A stretch of DNA of 64,000 nucleotides from positions 672,638 through 736,637 of the forward strand of contig CAWECK010000001.1 of the NCBI GenBank assembly GCA_963807715.1, read 5' to 3'. The stretch comes from an uncultured Planctomycetia bacterium (lineage in GTDB: Bacteria; Planctomycetota; Planctomycetia; Pirellulales; PALSA-1355). Below the pieces are notes generated by a model. The model saw only the letters and a program-made list of their open reading frames with translations. It was not told the DNA's origin and did no database searches. Below, piece after piece: positions 30,557 to 40,763 of the stretch. A program made the translations under genes and the position numbers. Every line of letters starts with the position of its first letter. Within the stretch, counting starts at the first letter, position 1.

Positions 30557-31897
30557 TCAACTCCATTTCGGTTCCCAGCCCGCCCGATACGGCTTGGTCA
30601 GCAGCGCATTGGCCGCGGTTGAGTTGCTGATCTTCAGGTTTTCGGCGTCCCACTTCAAAATCTCACCGGGGACCCGAATCGCAACGGTGCCCAGCAACAC
30701 CGCCTCGGTCAAGGGTCCGGAGTAACCGAAGTGCGACGTGGCCGTCCCTTCGCCGCGGCACGCGTCGGCCCAGGAAACGTAGTGGTCGCGGGCCGGCACC
30801 GTCTCGATCTTGAATTCCGCGAATTTGTCGGCCGGAAGCAACTGTGGAGCCGCGACGTGCGGAATTAGCAGCGATCCCTTTTCCCCTTTAAGCACTGACC
30901 CAGATGCCGGTAGTTTAAAATCAGCCGGGAGTCCGAGTTGATCGAGGGCCGGCTTAGTTCCTTCCCCTTCATACCAGGTAAGCTTGAGAGGGCCGGCCGC
31001 GGTTCGCTGCGTGCCGGGGAACTCGTAATAGACCGTTGCCGACTTCGTCCACACTTCGTGATTGATCGGCGGCGCTTCGGCACGAATGGTCTGGGGCGCC
31101 GTCAGCTCCAGGGCCATGAAAACCGGGTCCATGATGTGGCAGCCGAAATCGCCCAGTTGGCCGTTGCTGAAATCCTGCCAAGCACGCCAGTTGAAGGGAT
31201 GATAGATCTTCGTCTTATACGGCCGCTCCGGCGCCACGCCCAGCCACTCGTTCCAATGCACTCCTGGCGGCACCGGGTCAGCCCCCGCGGGCCGATCGGC
31301 TTCCAGCAACCAGCCCATCTTGCCGCTCTGCCAGGAGTGAACTTCCTGCACTTTGCCGATCGCGCCGTCATGCACCAATTTGACGGCCGTTCGATAGGCG
31401 GAGTGAGACTGGATCTGGTTGCCCATTTGCGTCACGACGCCGGCCCGCTTGGCGGCCAACTGCATTTGCCGCGCCTCGAACACGGTATGGGTCAGCGGCT
31501 TCTGGCAATGAACGTGCTTGCCAAGTTGCATGGCGGCCAGCGAAATCGGCGCGTGCATGTGATCGGGTGTCGAGACGATGACGGCGTCGAAATTCGGGGC
31601 ATCGTCGAGCACTCGCCGAAAATCGGTATAGCGCTGAGCCGCAGGATACTTTTCCGCGGCGCGGCCCAAATTCTGTGGACCCTCGTCGATGTCGCAGATC
31701 GCAACAACCTCAACCAGCGGACTCGCGGCAACCCCGGTGAGGTCCGACCAGCCTTTGCCTCCGGGGCCGATGCTGGCCACGCGCAGCCGGCTGTTGGCCC
31801 CCGCGGCTCGCACCCAAGAGGCAGCCGACAACGAAAGGCCAGCGCCGGCGACAAGCGAGGTTTGCAAGAAATGTCGACGAGTTGTGCGTTGGGGCAT
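30557..31897 (-). CDS. Gfo/Idh/MocA-family oxidoreductase with Tat signal, intact
   Basis: ATG 31897 opens 'MPQRTTRRHFLQTSLVAGAGLSLSAASWVRAAGA', then 'LRVASIGPGGKG'. 'VIVSTPDHMHAPISLAAMQLGKHVHCQKPL' is the family motif. The ORF track extends to 31996 without support. Confidence 0.85.
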   Translation of the reverse strand: MPQRTTRRHFLQTSLVAGAGLSLSAASWVRAAGANSRLRVASIGPGGKGWSDLTGVAASPLVEVVAICDIDEGPQNLGRAAEKYPAAQRYTDFRRVLDDAPNFDAVIVSTPDHMHAPISLAAMQLGKHVHCQKPLTHTVFEARQMQLAAKRAGVVTQMGNQIQSHSAYRTAVKLVHDGAIGKVQEVHSWQSGKMGWLLEADRPAGADPVPPGVHWNEWLGVAPERPYKTKIYHPFNWRAWQDFSNGQLGDFGCHIMDPVFMALELTAPQTIRAEAPPINHEVWTKSATVYYEFPGTQRTAAGPLKLTWYEGEGTKPALDQLGLPADFKLPASGSVLKGEKGSLLIPHVAAPQLLPADKFAEFKIETVPARDHYVSWADACRGEGTATSHFGYSGPLTEAVLLGTVAIRVPGEILKWDAENLKISNSTAANALLTKPYRAGWEPKWS

Positions 31898-32006
31898 GGG
31901 GCGGTCTCCGGTGGGAATAGAGAGGGCGGGGTTAACCTGAAATCCTATCAACCTGGGGGATGACGCGATGCAGTATCGAACAAAAATGGGTTGCAAGCAA
32001 TCAGTC

Positions 32007-33383
32007 TTACTTCTTCGCCGACTGATGGACCTGTTTGACGATAGCCTCTTCGACTTCCGGGGCCCAGCTTGTCGGCAGGCCGTAATAAATCATGGCCGTC
32101 GCTCCTTCGTAGCCTCCTTCCAACAGCACGCGGCGCGAAGGGATGTATGCCATAACGTCGTTGCTATAGCCGGCGACCCAAGTCGAGCCAGGTCCAAGCT
32201 CCTGCTTCAACCGCAGGGCAAAATCGACCACGACTTCGCCCCCCAACAGCACCCAACGCAATTCGGGCCCCAGATGCCAGACCTGAACCGGATAAGGATA
32301 CGTCTGGCTCAAGGGCTTGCCGGCGTCAATCTGAGCCAGCAGCATGTTGGCACGACTGCCCTCGTATTTGTTCTTTGAGGCCCGCTGATTCTCCAATTCC
32401 TCGCGCGAGGGGAGGGTCGCCAACGGAAGATCGATCTCGTCGTAGCGGGTCGTCAAGTCTCCGGAAAGACGATTCATCGGCTGGGCCAAAACTTCGTCGA
32501 CGGCCACCGCCAGCCGATGCCCATACGACTCGGCCAGTTCAACCGTCTTGCGTGGCAGCGGGTTTTGATCGGCGCCGCAGCCGGCCCAGAACAAGGCCAG
32601 CGCCCCCGGATGATTCTTTTCCAATTCGGCGGTGGCGAAGCCCGGGTAATCGCCGCACCATTGGTAGAAGCCCAGTGTTGTCGAGTGGCAGGCATAGCCG
32701 GCGGCCACGGCCACGAGCTTCCCTTCGGCGTCTTTCACCGCCAGCACCGGCACATCGTGATCGAACGGCCCTTTGAGCTCCTGCTTCTGCTCACGCAGCG
32801 CGGGCACCTCGGCCTCTTTGTTGGTGCGGCGATTCACGGCGAAATCGGCGTGACCTTGTCCCCAGGACAATTCGCAGGGAGCGATCTTGTTTAACGCAGC
32901 ACCGACCACCGCGATCAACTTCTCTTCGAGTTGCCGGGTGTAATCCCGCACGAGTTGCCGTTGGGTGTCATCCAAGTCGTACATCGGCATCAGATTTCGG
33001 CCAACGACCGGACCGCAATGGGTATGCGACACGTTCAATGCGACGTCGGCACGCTTCAGCCCATATTTGCTTTCGATGCCGTCACGAACCGCCCGCGAAA
33101 AATCCCGGTCGATGCCCACCAGATCCATCGTCACCAGAACCGCTCGATGCCCCTGGGGATCTTCGATCGCCAGAGCTTTTGCCCACAGCTCGGTCAATTT
33201 GCCTTCAGCCGGATGATTCCTCGCGCCATAGCCCGACATCCACATCAGCTTTTCCGGCGTGATGTTCTCCTTGGCCGCGCCGGCTTTCCAACCGGCGGCC
33301 TGCAAGACGCCGCTCAGCGCGGCCAACAGCGCGGCTACGACACCCAACGAACGAAGTGCTTGATTCAGGGCAGCGCGAGTCAT
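32007..33383 (-). CDS. Neutral/alkaline ceramidase-like hydrolase (secreted), intact
   Basis: ATG 33383 opens 'MTRAALNQALRSLGVVAALLAALSGVLQAAG'. 'AGAAKENITPEK..WMSGYGARNHPAEG...LWAKALAIEDPQGHRAVLVTMDLVGI...NVSHTHCGP' matches the ceramidase N-terminal domain pattern as I recall it. Confidence 0.65.
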   Translation of the reverse strand: MTRAALNQALRSLGVVAALLAALSGVLQAAGWKAGAAKENITPEKLMWMSGYGARNHPAEGKLTELWAKALAIEDPQGHRAVLVTMDLVGIDRDFSRAVRDGIESKYGLKRADVALNVSHTHCGPVVGRNLMPMYDLDDTQRQLVRDYTRQLEEKLIAVVGAALNKIAPCELSWGQGHADFAVNRRTNKEAEVPALREQKQELKGPFDHDVPVLAVKDAEGKLVAVAAGYACHSTTLGFYQWCGDYPGFATAELEKNHPGALALFWAGCGADQNPLPRKTVELAESYGHRLAVAVDEVLAQPMNRLSGDLTTRYDEIDLPLATLPSREELENQRASKNKYEGSRANMLLAQIDAGKPLSQTYPYPVQVWHLGPELRWVLLGGEVVVDFALRLKQELGPGSTWVAGYSNDVMAYIPSRRVLLEGGYEGATAMIYYGLPTSWAPEVEEAIVKQVHQSAKK

Positions 33384-33473
33384 GATTTGATCCCTTGGGC
33401 AAACATTACAAAAAGGATTTTTCATCAGGAAGGCAAGAAAGTAAAAAAGCAAATGGAAAGAGGCCGCTTGTGG

Positions 33474-33616
33474 CAAAGCCCAGGGATTGCATCCCTGGGT
33501 ACTCAAATAACCGGGTACTCAAATAACCGGGTACTCAAATAACCGGGTACTCAAATAACCGGGTACTCAAATAACCGGGTACTCAAATTACCCAGGGATG
33601 CAATCCCTGGGCTTTG
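33474..33616. repeat. Composite repeat: 26-bp perfect terminal inverted repeats flanking six direct 16-bp units (GGGTACTCAAATAACC)
   Basis: Left arm 'CAAAGCCCAGGGATTGCATCCCTGGG' (33474-33499) is the exact reverse complement of the right arm (33591-33616). Units start at 33497, 33513, 33529, 33545, 33561 and 33577; the last has one A>T change. Each arm is itself a hairpin (CCCAGGGA-n5-TCCCTGGG). The element lies between the stop at 33662 and the start at 33383 of two minus-strand genes. Confidence 0.9.
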
Positions 33617-33661
33617 GTAAGTGCGTTTTCCTCTCTTTCTCCTGTCTTCCTGCATTACTTC

Positions 33662-36600
33662 TTATTTAATGGCCATCAGGTACGCGATCACGTCGGCCAG
33701 GCTTTGGTGATCGAGTTGCTTTTCCATCCCCTCGGGCATGAGCGAAAGGCCCGTACTCCGCAATTCCTCGATGTTAAGCCGCAGCACCGTGTCGCTGGCT
33801 CCTTCGGCCCGTTTGAGCGTGACGCTGGTGGCCGTTTCGGCGGCGATCATGCCAGAGATCGTGCGGCCGTCGTCGGTCACCAGTAAATAGCTGACGTACT
33901 GCGGATTCACCTCGCGGCTCGGATCCAGCACGTTCAACAAGATGGTTTCCACGCCGCGGTTCTTGATGCTGGCCAAATTCGGGCCGATCTCATGTCCGAC
34001 GTTGTCGGCACGATGGCAAGCAGCGCAAATCTTCTGAAACACAACTTTCCCGCGGCTGGCGTCGCCGGACATGCTCAACACGGGTCGATAAGCTTCGACC
34101 ACGTCTTGCCGCCGACCAAGCTTGACATCGGCCAGCAAGCGAGTCGCACGCTCGCGAAGCTGCGGATCGGAATAGTTGGTCAAGGCTTGCACTCGGGCTG
34201 CCTCCAGCTCACCCGCTTGGAAGGTTCCTTTTTCGATCGCGTCGAGCAAAGCCGATACCCGTTCGCGACGTGCCACCAGTGCCTCGCCTCCCAAAACGCG
34301 CATGCGCGGACTCAACGCAGGCCAAGCTTCCAACAAAAGCGGACCTATTGATGGATCATTAAAGCGACTCAGTGCGGTGAGTGCGGCTTGTTGCACTTCT
34401 TGCGGCTGGCGCTGATCGAGCAACTTGACGAGCAAATCCCGCCCGTCGGCGAACGACCCCAAGACCAGCATATCGATCGCGTCGACCCGTTGCTTGAGCG
34501 GCCCCTTGTCCTCCGTCGCCGCGGTGCGGGCATTGGCGAGCAAATCGTTCAGGATGCGGGTGGCATTGACCGATGCATCCGCCGGGAGCACGTCCTTGAG
34601 CGACCGTCCCTGGCGGGCCAGGCCTTCGATTGCCGCCCGAACGCCGGCCCTTGCCAGGGAAGTCTCATCCTTGGGCAGCCGATCGAGAGCCTGTAAAACG
34701 CGGGCCAATTCCGTCTCCTCCGAACCCGCGGCCCCTTTCTTGGCAGCCGAGCCTGCCTGCGCGACAGGCTCAATAGCAACGTGCGGCCCGTCGGCTCGCG
34801 GCGGAAGGTCGCATCTCCGATCAAATCGACGAACACATCGCCGGCATGGTTTCGCAGCGAACTTTGAATCGCCAACCGCATCCACGAGTTGCCGGATTCG
34901 CGGCGAGCCAGAGCCGTAAGCGCCGGACGGCCTCCTGGCTTTGCAGTTCGCCCAGCGTGAATGCCAATTGATAGCGAACCTGCAAGTCATCGTCGCCCGC
35001 CATCGCGACAAGTTTCGCGGTGGGGTTCGGCGTCGTCTTCGAGTCTGCGCCGACCAACCGTTCCGAAAGCCGGATGGCATGCCGGCGCACGTCCGGATGG
35101 TGATCGTCCAGCGCGCGGGCAATGATATCCGCCGACAGGCCATTCATACCGGCTAGCGCGTACAGGGCATGCATGCGTCCCAGCGGGGAAACCGAGTTCG
35201 CGGCGAGCCTCGTCAGCGGCTCGATCGCTGCCTGATCCTGCCGCTCGTACAACAACCGCGCAGCCGTTTCGCGATGCCAGGCATTCGCGTGAGCCAACGT
35301 GGCCACAAGTTCCCCGGTCGTGGCGCTGCCGAGTCGCGGAAGTTTCGGCTGCACGAAACCCTGCTCGGGCACCACGCGATAGATTCGCCCTCGATCTCGA
35401 CCGCTGGTCAGATCGAGATGTTTTTTGATCATCGGCGGCAGACTGTCCGGATGCTCGATCACTTCCCGGTACACGTCCACGATGCACAACGACCCGTCTG
35501 GCGCGTTGGCGAACTGGGCCGGCCGGAACCAGATATCGCTGGACGCCACGAATTCGCTCTCTTTGTCCATCCGGCTGGCGACGAACTGCAAGCCATCCAA
35601 GGCCAGCTTCTTGCGATGCACCAGGTTGCTACCCACGTCCCCCACGATCGCGATGCCCCGGAGATCCTCAGGAAGAGCGTTGCCGCGATAGATCGTCACG
35701 CCGGTCGCCCCGGTGAAGTACCCGGCCGCGCGGCCCCCGCCTTCAACCAACCCCTTCACGGCTCCCGAAACCCGCAACCGCGTCCGTACGATCCGCCACG
35801 GTTCGATCGGGCTTGTGCGATAGACTTCCGCCTGCGGACCGTCGGCGGCGATGCTGACGCGCGCCGCCGGTGCCGATAAATAAGGGTTCCGGGCTAGGTA
35901 GCGGTCTTCGAACATCACCTGCTGGATATGGTCGCTATTGGAGCAAACGAATTTATGCCCCCAATCGTCAAAGCTCAGCCCGTGCTGGGCGCCGCCGCTG
36001 GTCGCCGTCATTCGCAGGCTGCGCGGATCAAAGCTGAAATCGCGGCCGCGCACCGAGAGGGGCTCGGCATCTTCGTGGGCCAATTGCCGAATCGTGCCGC
36101 CCGAAGAACTGGTCGCTCCTTCGATGCGATTGTCCAGCGTCCAGGCCATGCTGTTCATCAATCCCTGGACATTGCTGCGGCCGAAGCCGCTAAACACGAC
36201 GCGGCGAATGTCGGCGCGGCCATCGCCATTGGTATCCTTGCAATAGAAGATATCCGGAGGCACGCCAATAAAAATGCCGCCGTCGTAGCAGGCTACGGCC
36301 GTCGGCCAGGATAGTTTGTCGACATAGACGCTGCTCTTATCGAAGCGACCGTCGCCGTCGGTATCTTCCAACAGGCGGATTTCTCCGAGAAAATCGTCCT
36401 TCTGTTCGGAATAGTCCCGCATTCCCACGACGAACATCCGGCCATTTTCATCAAAAGCCATCGCCACAGGGCTGGCTACCAGGGGTTCAGCGGCCACTTG
36501 CTCGACGCGAAAACCCGGCTGGACCTTGAAGGTGCTCAGCGCCGCGGCTGGCTCGACAGGCGGAATCCGCGGCAACTCTTTGGAAAAATCTTCTTCAGCC

Positions 36601-36674
36601 GCGGCTTGGCCATGCACGGTCGCCGGCAATACGCCCCACGACAGGGCGGCCAGCAGTGGTAGACAACGAAACAT
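33662..36674 (-). pseudogene. PVC-type membrane-bound-dehydrogenase-domain / HEAT-repeat / c-type heme-binding protein. Two frame changes.
   Basis: ATG 36674 opens 'MFRCLPLLAALSWGVLPATVHG' (signal peptide). 'FKVQPGFRVEQVAAEPLVASPVAMAFDENGRMFVV...DTDGDGRFD...DTNGDGRAD' is the beta-propeller dehydrogenase domain (ORF 34821..36707). HEAT-like repeats cross ORF 34549..34881. The C-terminus (ORF 33662..35143) has 'GKVVFQKICAACHR...LSLMPEG', a CxxCH heme domain. Confidence 0.75.
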
Positions 36675-36805
36675 CCAGACAGACAGGACAGGCTTTGGAT
36701 AGGCCAAGGGACACCTGCGTGGATTTTTGGTGGAACGTAAAGGCGGGAGAATTCTGAAGCTAAGCCTAACTTGCGCGTCGGCGACCGGCTAGCTGCGCGT
36801 GCAGG

Positions 36806-39023
36806 TTATTGGAGCTTCGGGGGCTGGCGCAACTGGAACTGTTTTGCGTTCCACCCGAGCGCTGAGGATACTTCGGCCGGGTATTCCCAGCCGGTCTTTT
36901 CGTCGTCGGACTTTTCTTGGTAAATCCGCACCTTCGAACGCTCCGTCGCCATCGCAACGGCGCTCGGCGTGTCGAGGTACCGGAGCACGTTGAGGAAATA
37001 CGGCCCGTCGCGGTGTGAGCGCGGTAGATTCCAAAGATCCAGCCGAGCAATCTTCGGCTCGAACAGCGAAGCATACAAGGCCACGCCGGCCATTTGCCGA
37101 TTGCTTTGCAGCCACAGGGGCACGTCCTTTTCAGCAGGCAATTCGCGCACGGCCTGCACGGCTCGCCGCACGTCCCAGACCTGCATCCCTTCGAGCGTCT
37201 GGCCCAGCAGCATGAACCGGCGGCGATGCTGGATCTGTTTCTTGTCCGAAGGATCCCAAGCCGTCGGCCCCACGCCGCGCGGCGCCACGTAGGCCATTGT
37301 CCACTTGAACGACTTGAACATCTGCTCCATTTCGGCGAATTCCTTGCCTGCGATTTCGCCGCCGGCGACTTCGCCGCCGTTCGCCTCGGTCGGCTTCCTC
37401 TTTCAATTCCTCGGCAAATGCCGCGCGCATCGTGGAGAGCCAGCGGTTCCATTCTTCAGCGTCGAGCACGTTCAGCACGGTCAGATCGGCCTTGTCGGGC
37501 TTGCCGGCGTTTTCAGTTTTTTCTGCCTCACCGGCTTTTTGCAGGCCGGCCTGCTGGGCGGCACGTTGGGCGATGTAGAGTCGCAGGCGGATCGGTCCCT
37601 GGCTGGTGAAATCGTAAGCGGCCAGGCGGACTCCGCGGCGCTCGACGGCAAAGGCTTCTTTCACGTCCAACGATTCCGTAACACTCGGCCAACCGCGAAA
37701 GCATTTTTCTTGCAAGTCCTTCAGCGCCTGATCGCGGCTTGCCTCCCAGGCCGAAGCGCTCTCGGGCACGTTGGGCGCCGGAGCCTGCGCGGTGAAGGTC
37801 TCCTGGATCTTGGTATTGATCTGATCCGCGGGCAATTCCTCAAACACCTTCAATTGCTCGGGCTCGAACAGCGGCACCGCGGCGACCTCGATCTTTGGCT
37901 CTTCTCCCTTTAAGAAGCGATTGAACCAATGAAAGGCCGCCACCTGGAGTTCCTGAATATCCTTATGCGGCCCTTCGCTGATCTGCAAGCCGAAGTTCTT
38001 GTCGGCCCCGTACAGCCGATAGATCTTGCGCACCTGTTGATGAATCCGCTCGATCCCTTCCAGGGGGAAGATGCCGTCTTTGTCGGTATTCGACAGCAGC
38101 AGCGGCCGTGGCGCAACCAGCGCCGCCACCTGGGCATAATCCCAGCGATACGTATTCACCATGAACATGCAGTCGCAATGGCCTTCGACGGTGCCATCGA
38201 CGACGTGGTTTTCCAGATCGGCGATGCCGGCCACCGGCACGGCGACCTTGATCCGCTCGTCGAGGGCCGCAATCCACCAGCTATACGCGCCGCCGCCCGA
38301 GCGGCCCGTCACGCCGATCTTCTCGCCATCGACCTCCGGCCGCGATTGCAGATAGTCGAGTGCTCGAATGCAGTTCCAGGCCTCGACGCCGGCCGGCGTA
38401 TAGCCACGGCAATTCCACCACCACATGTTTTCGCGATAGGTGCCGTGGTGCAGCCCCTCGATCTCGCCAAGCTGCAGCGTATCGATGATCAGGCAAACGT
38501 AACCGTGACGGGCAAACCAGCCGGCATGGTGCTGATACTTCGTCTTGCTGCCGTAGCTGACGCCGTCCTTCTTGAGTGTTGCCGTGGCCGCAGACATAGA
38601 GGACCGCGGGAGCCGGTTTTGTCAGTCCCTTGGGAAGGTACAGGTTGCCGGTCACATACAGGCCGGGCCGCGATCTGAAAATCAACCTTTTCGACCGTGA
38701 ACTGCTCGTGATCGACGCGTGCCGGTCGTGGCCGCATTCAGCGGCGTCCGCTCCGGCAGCGGATCGAGGCCGAGCATTTCGAACAGTTGCTGCCGGTAAC
38801 GGTCGCGGCGGCTGGTCCAATCTTCGAGCGTGTGGATGTCGGCCAGCGACGCCTTGGCCAGTTTGGCCGTTTCCTGGCGGAAGTATTCGGCCAGCATCTG
38901 ATCGCCACGCCGCGTATCGGGCTTCGCCGCGTCGGGTTTCGCCGTTTCGTCGGTCCGCAACGGCAAGGCCGTTCCCAGCAAGGCAAGGCCAAGACCGATA
39001 GCCCTGATCGCGAACGGTTTCAT
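36806..39023 (-). pseudogene. Secreted acetyl-xylan-esterase-like alpha/beta hydrolase, several frame changes
   Basis: ATG 39023 lies 5 nt after AGGAG and opens 'MKPFAIRAIGLGLALLGTALPL'. 'FRSRPGLYVTGNLYLPKGLTKPAPAVLYVCGHG' lies in the tail of ORF 38281..40422. The core with 'KIGVTGRSGGGAYSWWIAALDERIK' (G-x-S-x-G) is in ORF 37131..38597. The C-terminus is in ORF 36806..37330. Confidence 0.65.
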
Positions 39024-39047
39024 TTCGACTCCTGAAGGGAGTGATCG

Positions 39048-40422
39048 TTAAAAAAGTTCTCGCAGAGGCATTGCGTCGCCGTCCACCAGGTATTGAGGCC
39101 GGCCGTTCAGGTCGGTCAGCGCCGTGCGCCGATAGTCGATTCCCAAATTGTGGTACAGCGTGGCAAACACCTCGCCGAACGTTACCGGCCGCTCGACGGC
39201 TTCCCCGCCCAGCCGATCGGTGGCACCGATGACCTGGCCCGTTTTCATGCCTCCGCCAGCCAGCAGCGCGGCCGAAACGCGCGGCCAATGGTCGCGGCCT
39301 ACCTGCTTGCTGATCTTCGGCGTGCGGCCGAACTCGCCCCAGGCGATCACGGTCACGTCCTTGTCGAGTCCCCGGGCATGCAGATCTTCGACCAGCGCGG
39401 CCACGGCGTTGTCGAATACCGGAAAGTCTTCCAACTCCCGTTTGAAGATCGAGTTGCCCGGTCCGCCATGCCAATCCCACTTGCTGTAGTTGACCGTCAC
39501 GACGCGGCAGCCGGCCTCGACCAGCCGGCGTGCCATAAGCAAGCTTTGCGGCACCCGTGGGGCACCGTTTCCGTCCATGTGGATCGTTTCGTCGCCGGTG
39601 TCCATAGCGGGCGACGATCCGCGGGTCTTCCTTGGACAGGTCGAGCGCATCGACGAGCCGCGACGAAGTCAGCACGTCGAACGCCTGTTGACCGAACTGG
39701 TCCATGGCGCTGCATCGATCCGCTGGCGTCGCGGTCGCGGCGCAGGCGGTCCATGCTGGCCAGCAGCAGTCTTGCGGTCGCCGAGCCGCCGGGGCGTGAT
39801 CCCCTGCAGAACCATGTCCTCTCGGTTCGGATCCCAGGCCGGCCGAAGCGGCGTTTGGCCGACGCCCAAGAAACCCGGCCCCAGGCTCGTTGTAGGGGCC
39901 GTGGGTGCAGGTATAGCACAGGCTTACGAACGGCGGGACGCCACGCCGCGCTTGGCCCTGAAGCTTGGAGACCGACCGAGCCAAACTGCGGCCAACCGCC
40001 GGCCGGAACGCCCCGTTTGGGATGATGCCCGGTGATAGCATTGGTAGGCGTTGTGGTCGTCTTGCGCAGTCGACAATCGAACGGATCGGCACCAGCTTGT
40101 CCATGATCCCGGCCAATTGCGGCAGGTGTTCACAGATTTCGATGCCCGGCACGTTGGTCTTGATCGGCTTGTGCGGGCCGGCGATCTCGGAGGGAGCGTC
40201 GGGCTTAAGATCGAACATGTCCTGGTGCGGCGGGCCGCCGACCAGGTAGATCATGATCACGGCCTTTTGCGAATTGCGAATGCCGGCGTGCGCTTCGGCT
40301 CTGAGCAGGTCTGCCAGCGAGAGGCCGCCCAGACCAAGGCTTCCCATCCGCAGAAAATCGCGGCGCGTCAGGCCGTGGGGGTGCGGTTTGCCGTTTTGCG
40401 GCTGGCTCAAATCAAACGCCAT
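39048..40422 (-). pseudogene. DUF1501-domain protein, several frame changes. It sits 24 nt upstream of the esterase-like gene.
   Basis: ATG 40422 opens 'MAFDLSQPQNGKPHPHGLTRRDFLRMGSLGLGGLSLADLLRAEA...VIMIYLVGGPPHQDMFDLKP'. The C-terminal half is in ORF 39048..39650 ('IAWGEFGRTPKISKQVGRDHWPRV...GGGMKTGQVIGATD'). The middle is only readable by switching frames. Confidence 0.75.
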
Positions 40423-40609
40423 GCAAAATCCCCCAGATCAAGAGATAGCGTCACCGCTGGCGCAGGCGCTGTGCCCCCCTATCGAAGCGTTTCTGAATCC
40501 ATTGAAACTGTAGCAGATGCCGCCGCTTACATCAATAACCGCTGATGTGTGCGGGCCGCCCTACCCCGCCCGCTCCGCGGTTGGCATTTTCAAGAAAACG
40601 CCTCCTCGT

Positions 40610-40639
40610 TTGACATTTCCAACGACGCATGGCTATACT
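40610..40639 (+). promoter_or_regulatory. Sigma70-like promoter candidate (TTGACA - 18 nt - TATACT) for the DUF1501 gene at 40764
   Basis: TTGACA at 40610-40615 and TATACT at 40634-40639, in the divergent intergenic region ~125 nt upstream of the ATG. Planctomycete promoter consensus is poorly defined, so this is tentative. Confidence 0.3.
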
Positions 40640-40763
40640 CGGGACGCATCAGCGTGTATTTATTAACGTGGTGTGTTCTTACAGCGTAGCGCCCCTGCCT
40701 ATTGGGCAAGGTTGCGCTGTGTCGCGGTCGGCAGGCTCTTTTAGCAAAGTGGAGGCTGTTTCG

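Noticed and set aside
33497-33592. Six regularly spaced 16-bp repeats considered as a CRISPR array
   Set aside because: The units are directly abutting with no spacers. The unit length (16 bp) is far below CRISPR repeat size. No cas genes are in the window. It is reported as a tandem/inverted composite repeat instead.
38281-40422. 713-aa ORF, the longest on the minus strand in this region
   Set aside because: Only its first ~120 aa (DUF1501 N-terminus) and a C-terminal stretch of ~40 aa ('FRSRPGLYVTGNLYLPKGL...VCGHG', esterase-like gene) read like real protein. The middle and the extreme C-terminal tail are Arg/Pro/Gly/Ala-rich out-of-frame translation typical of GC-rich DNA. It spans two genes, so it is an open-frame artefact and not a fusion protein.
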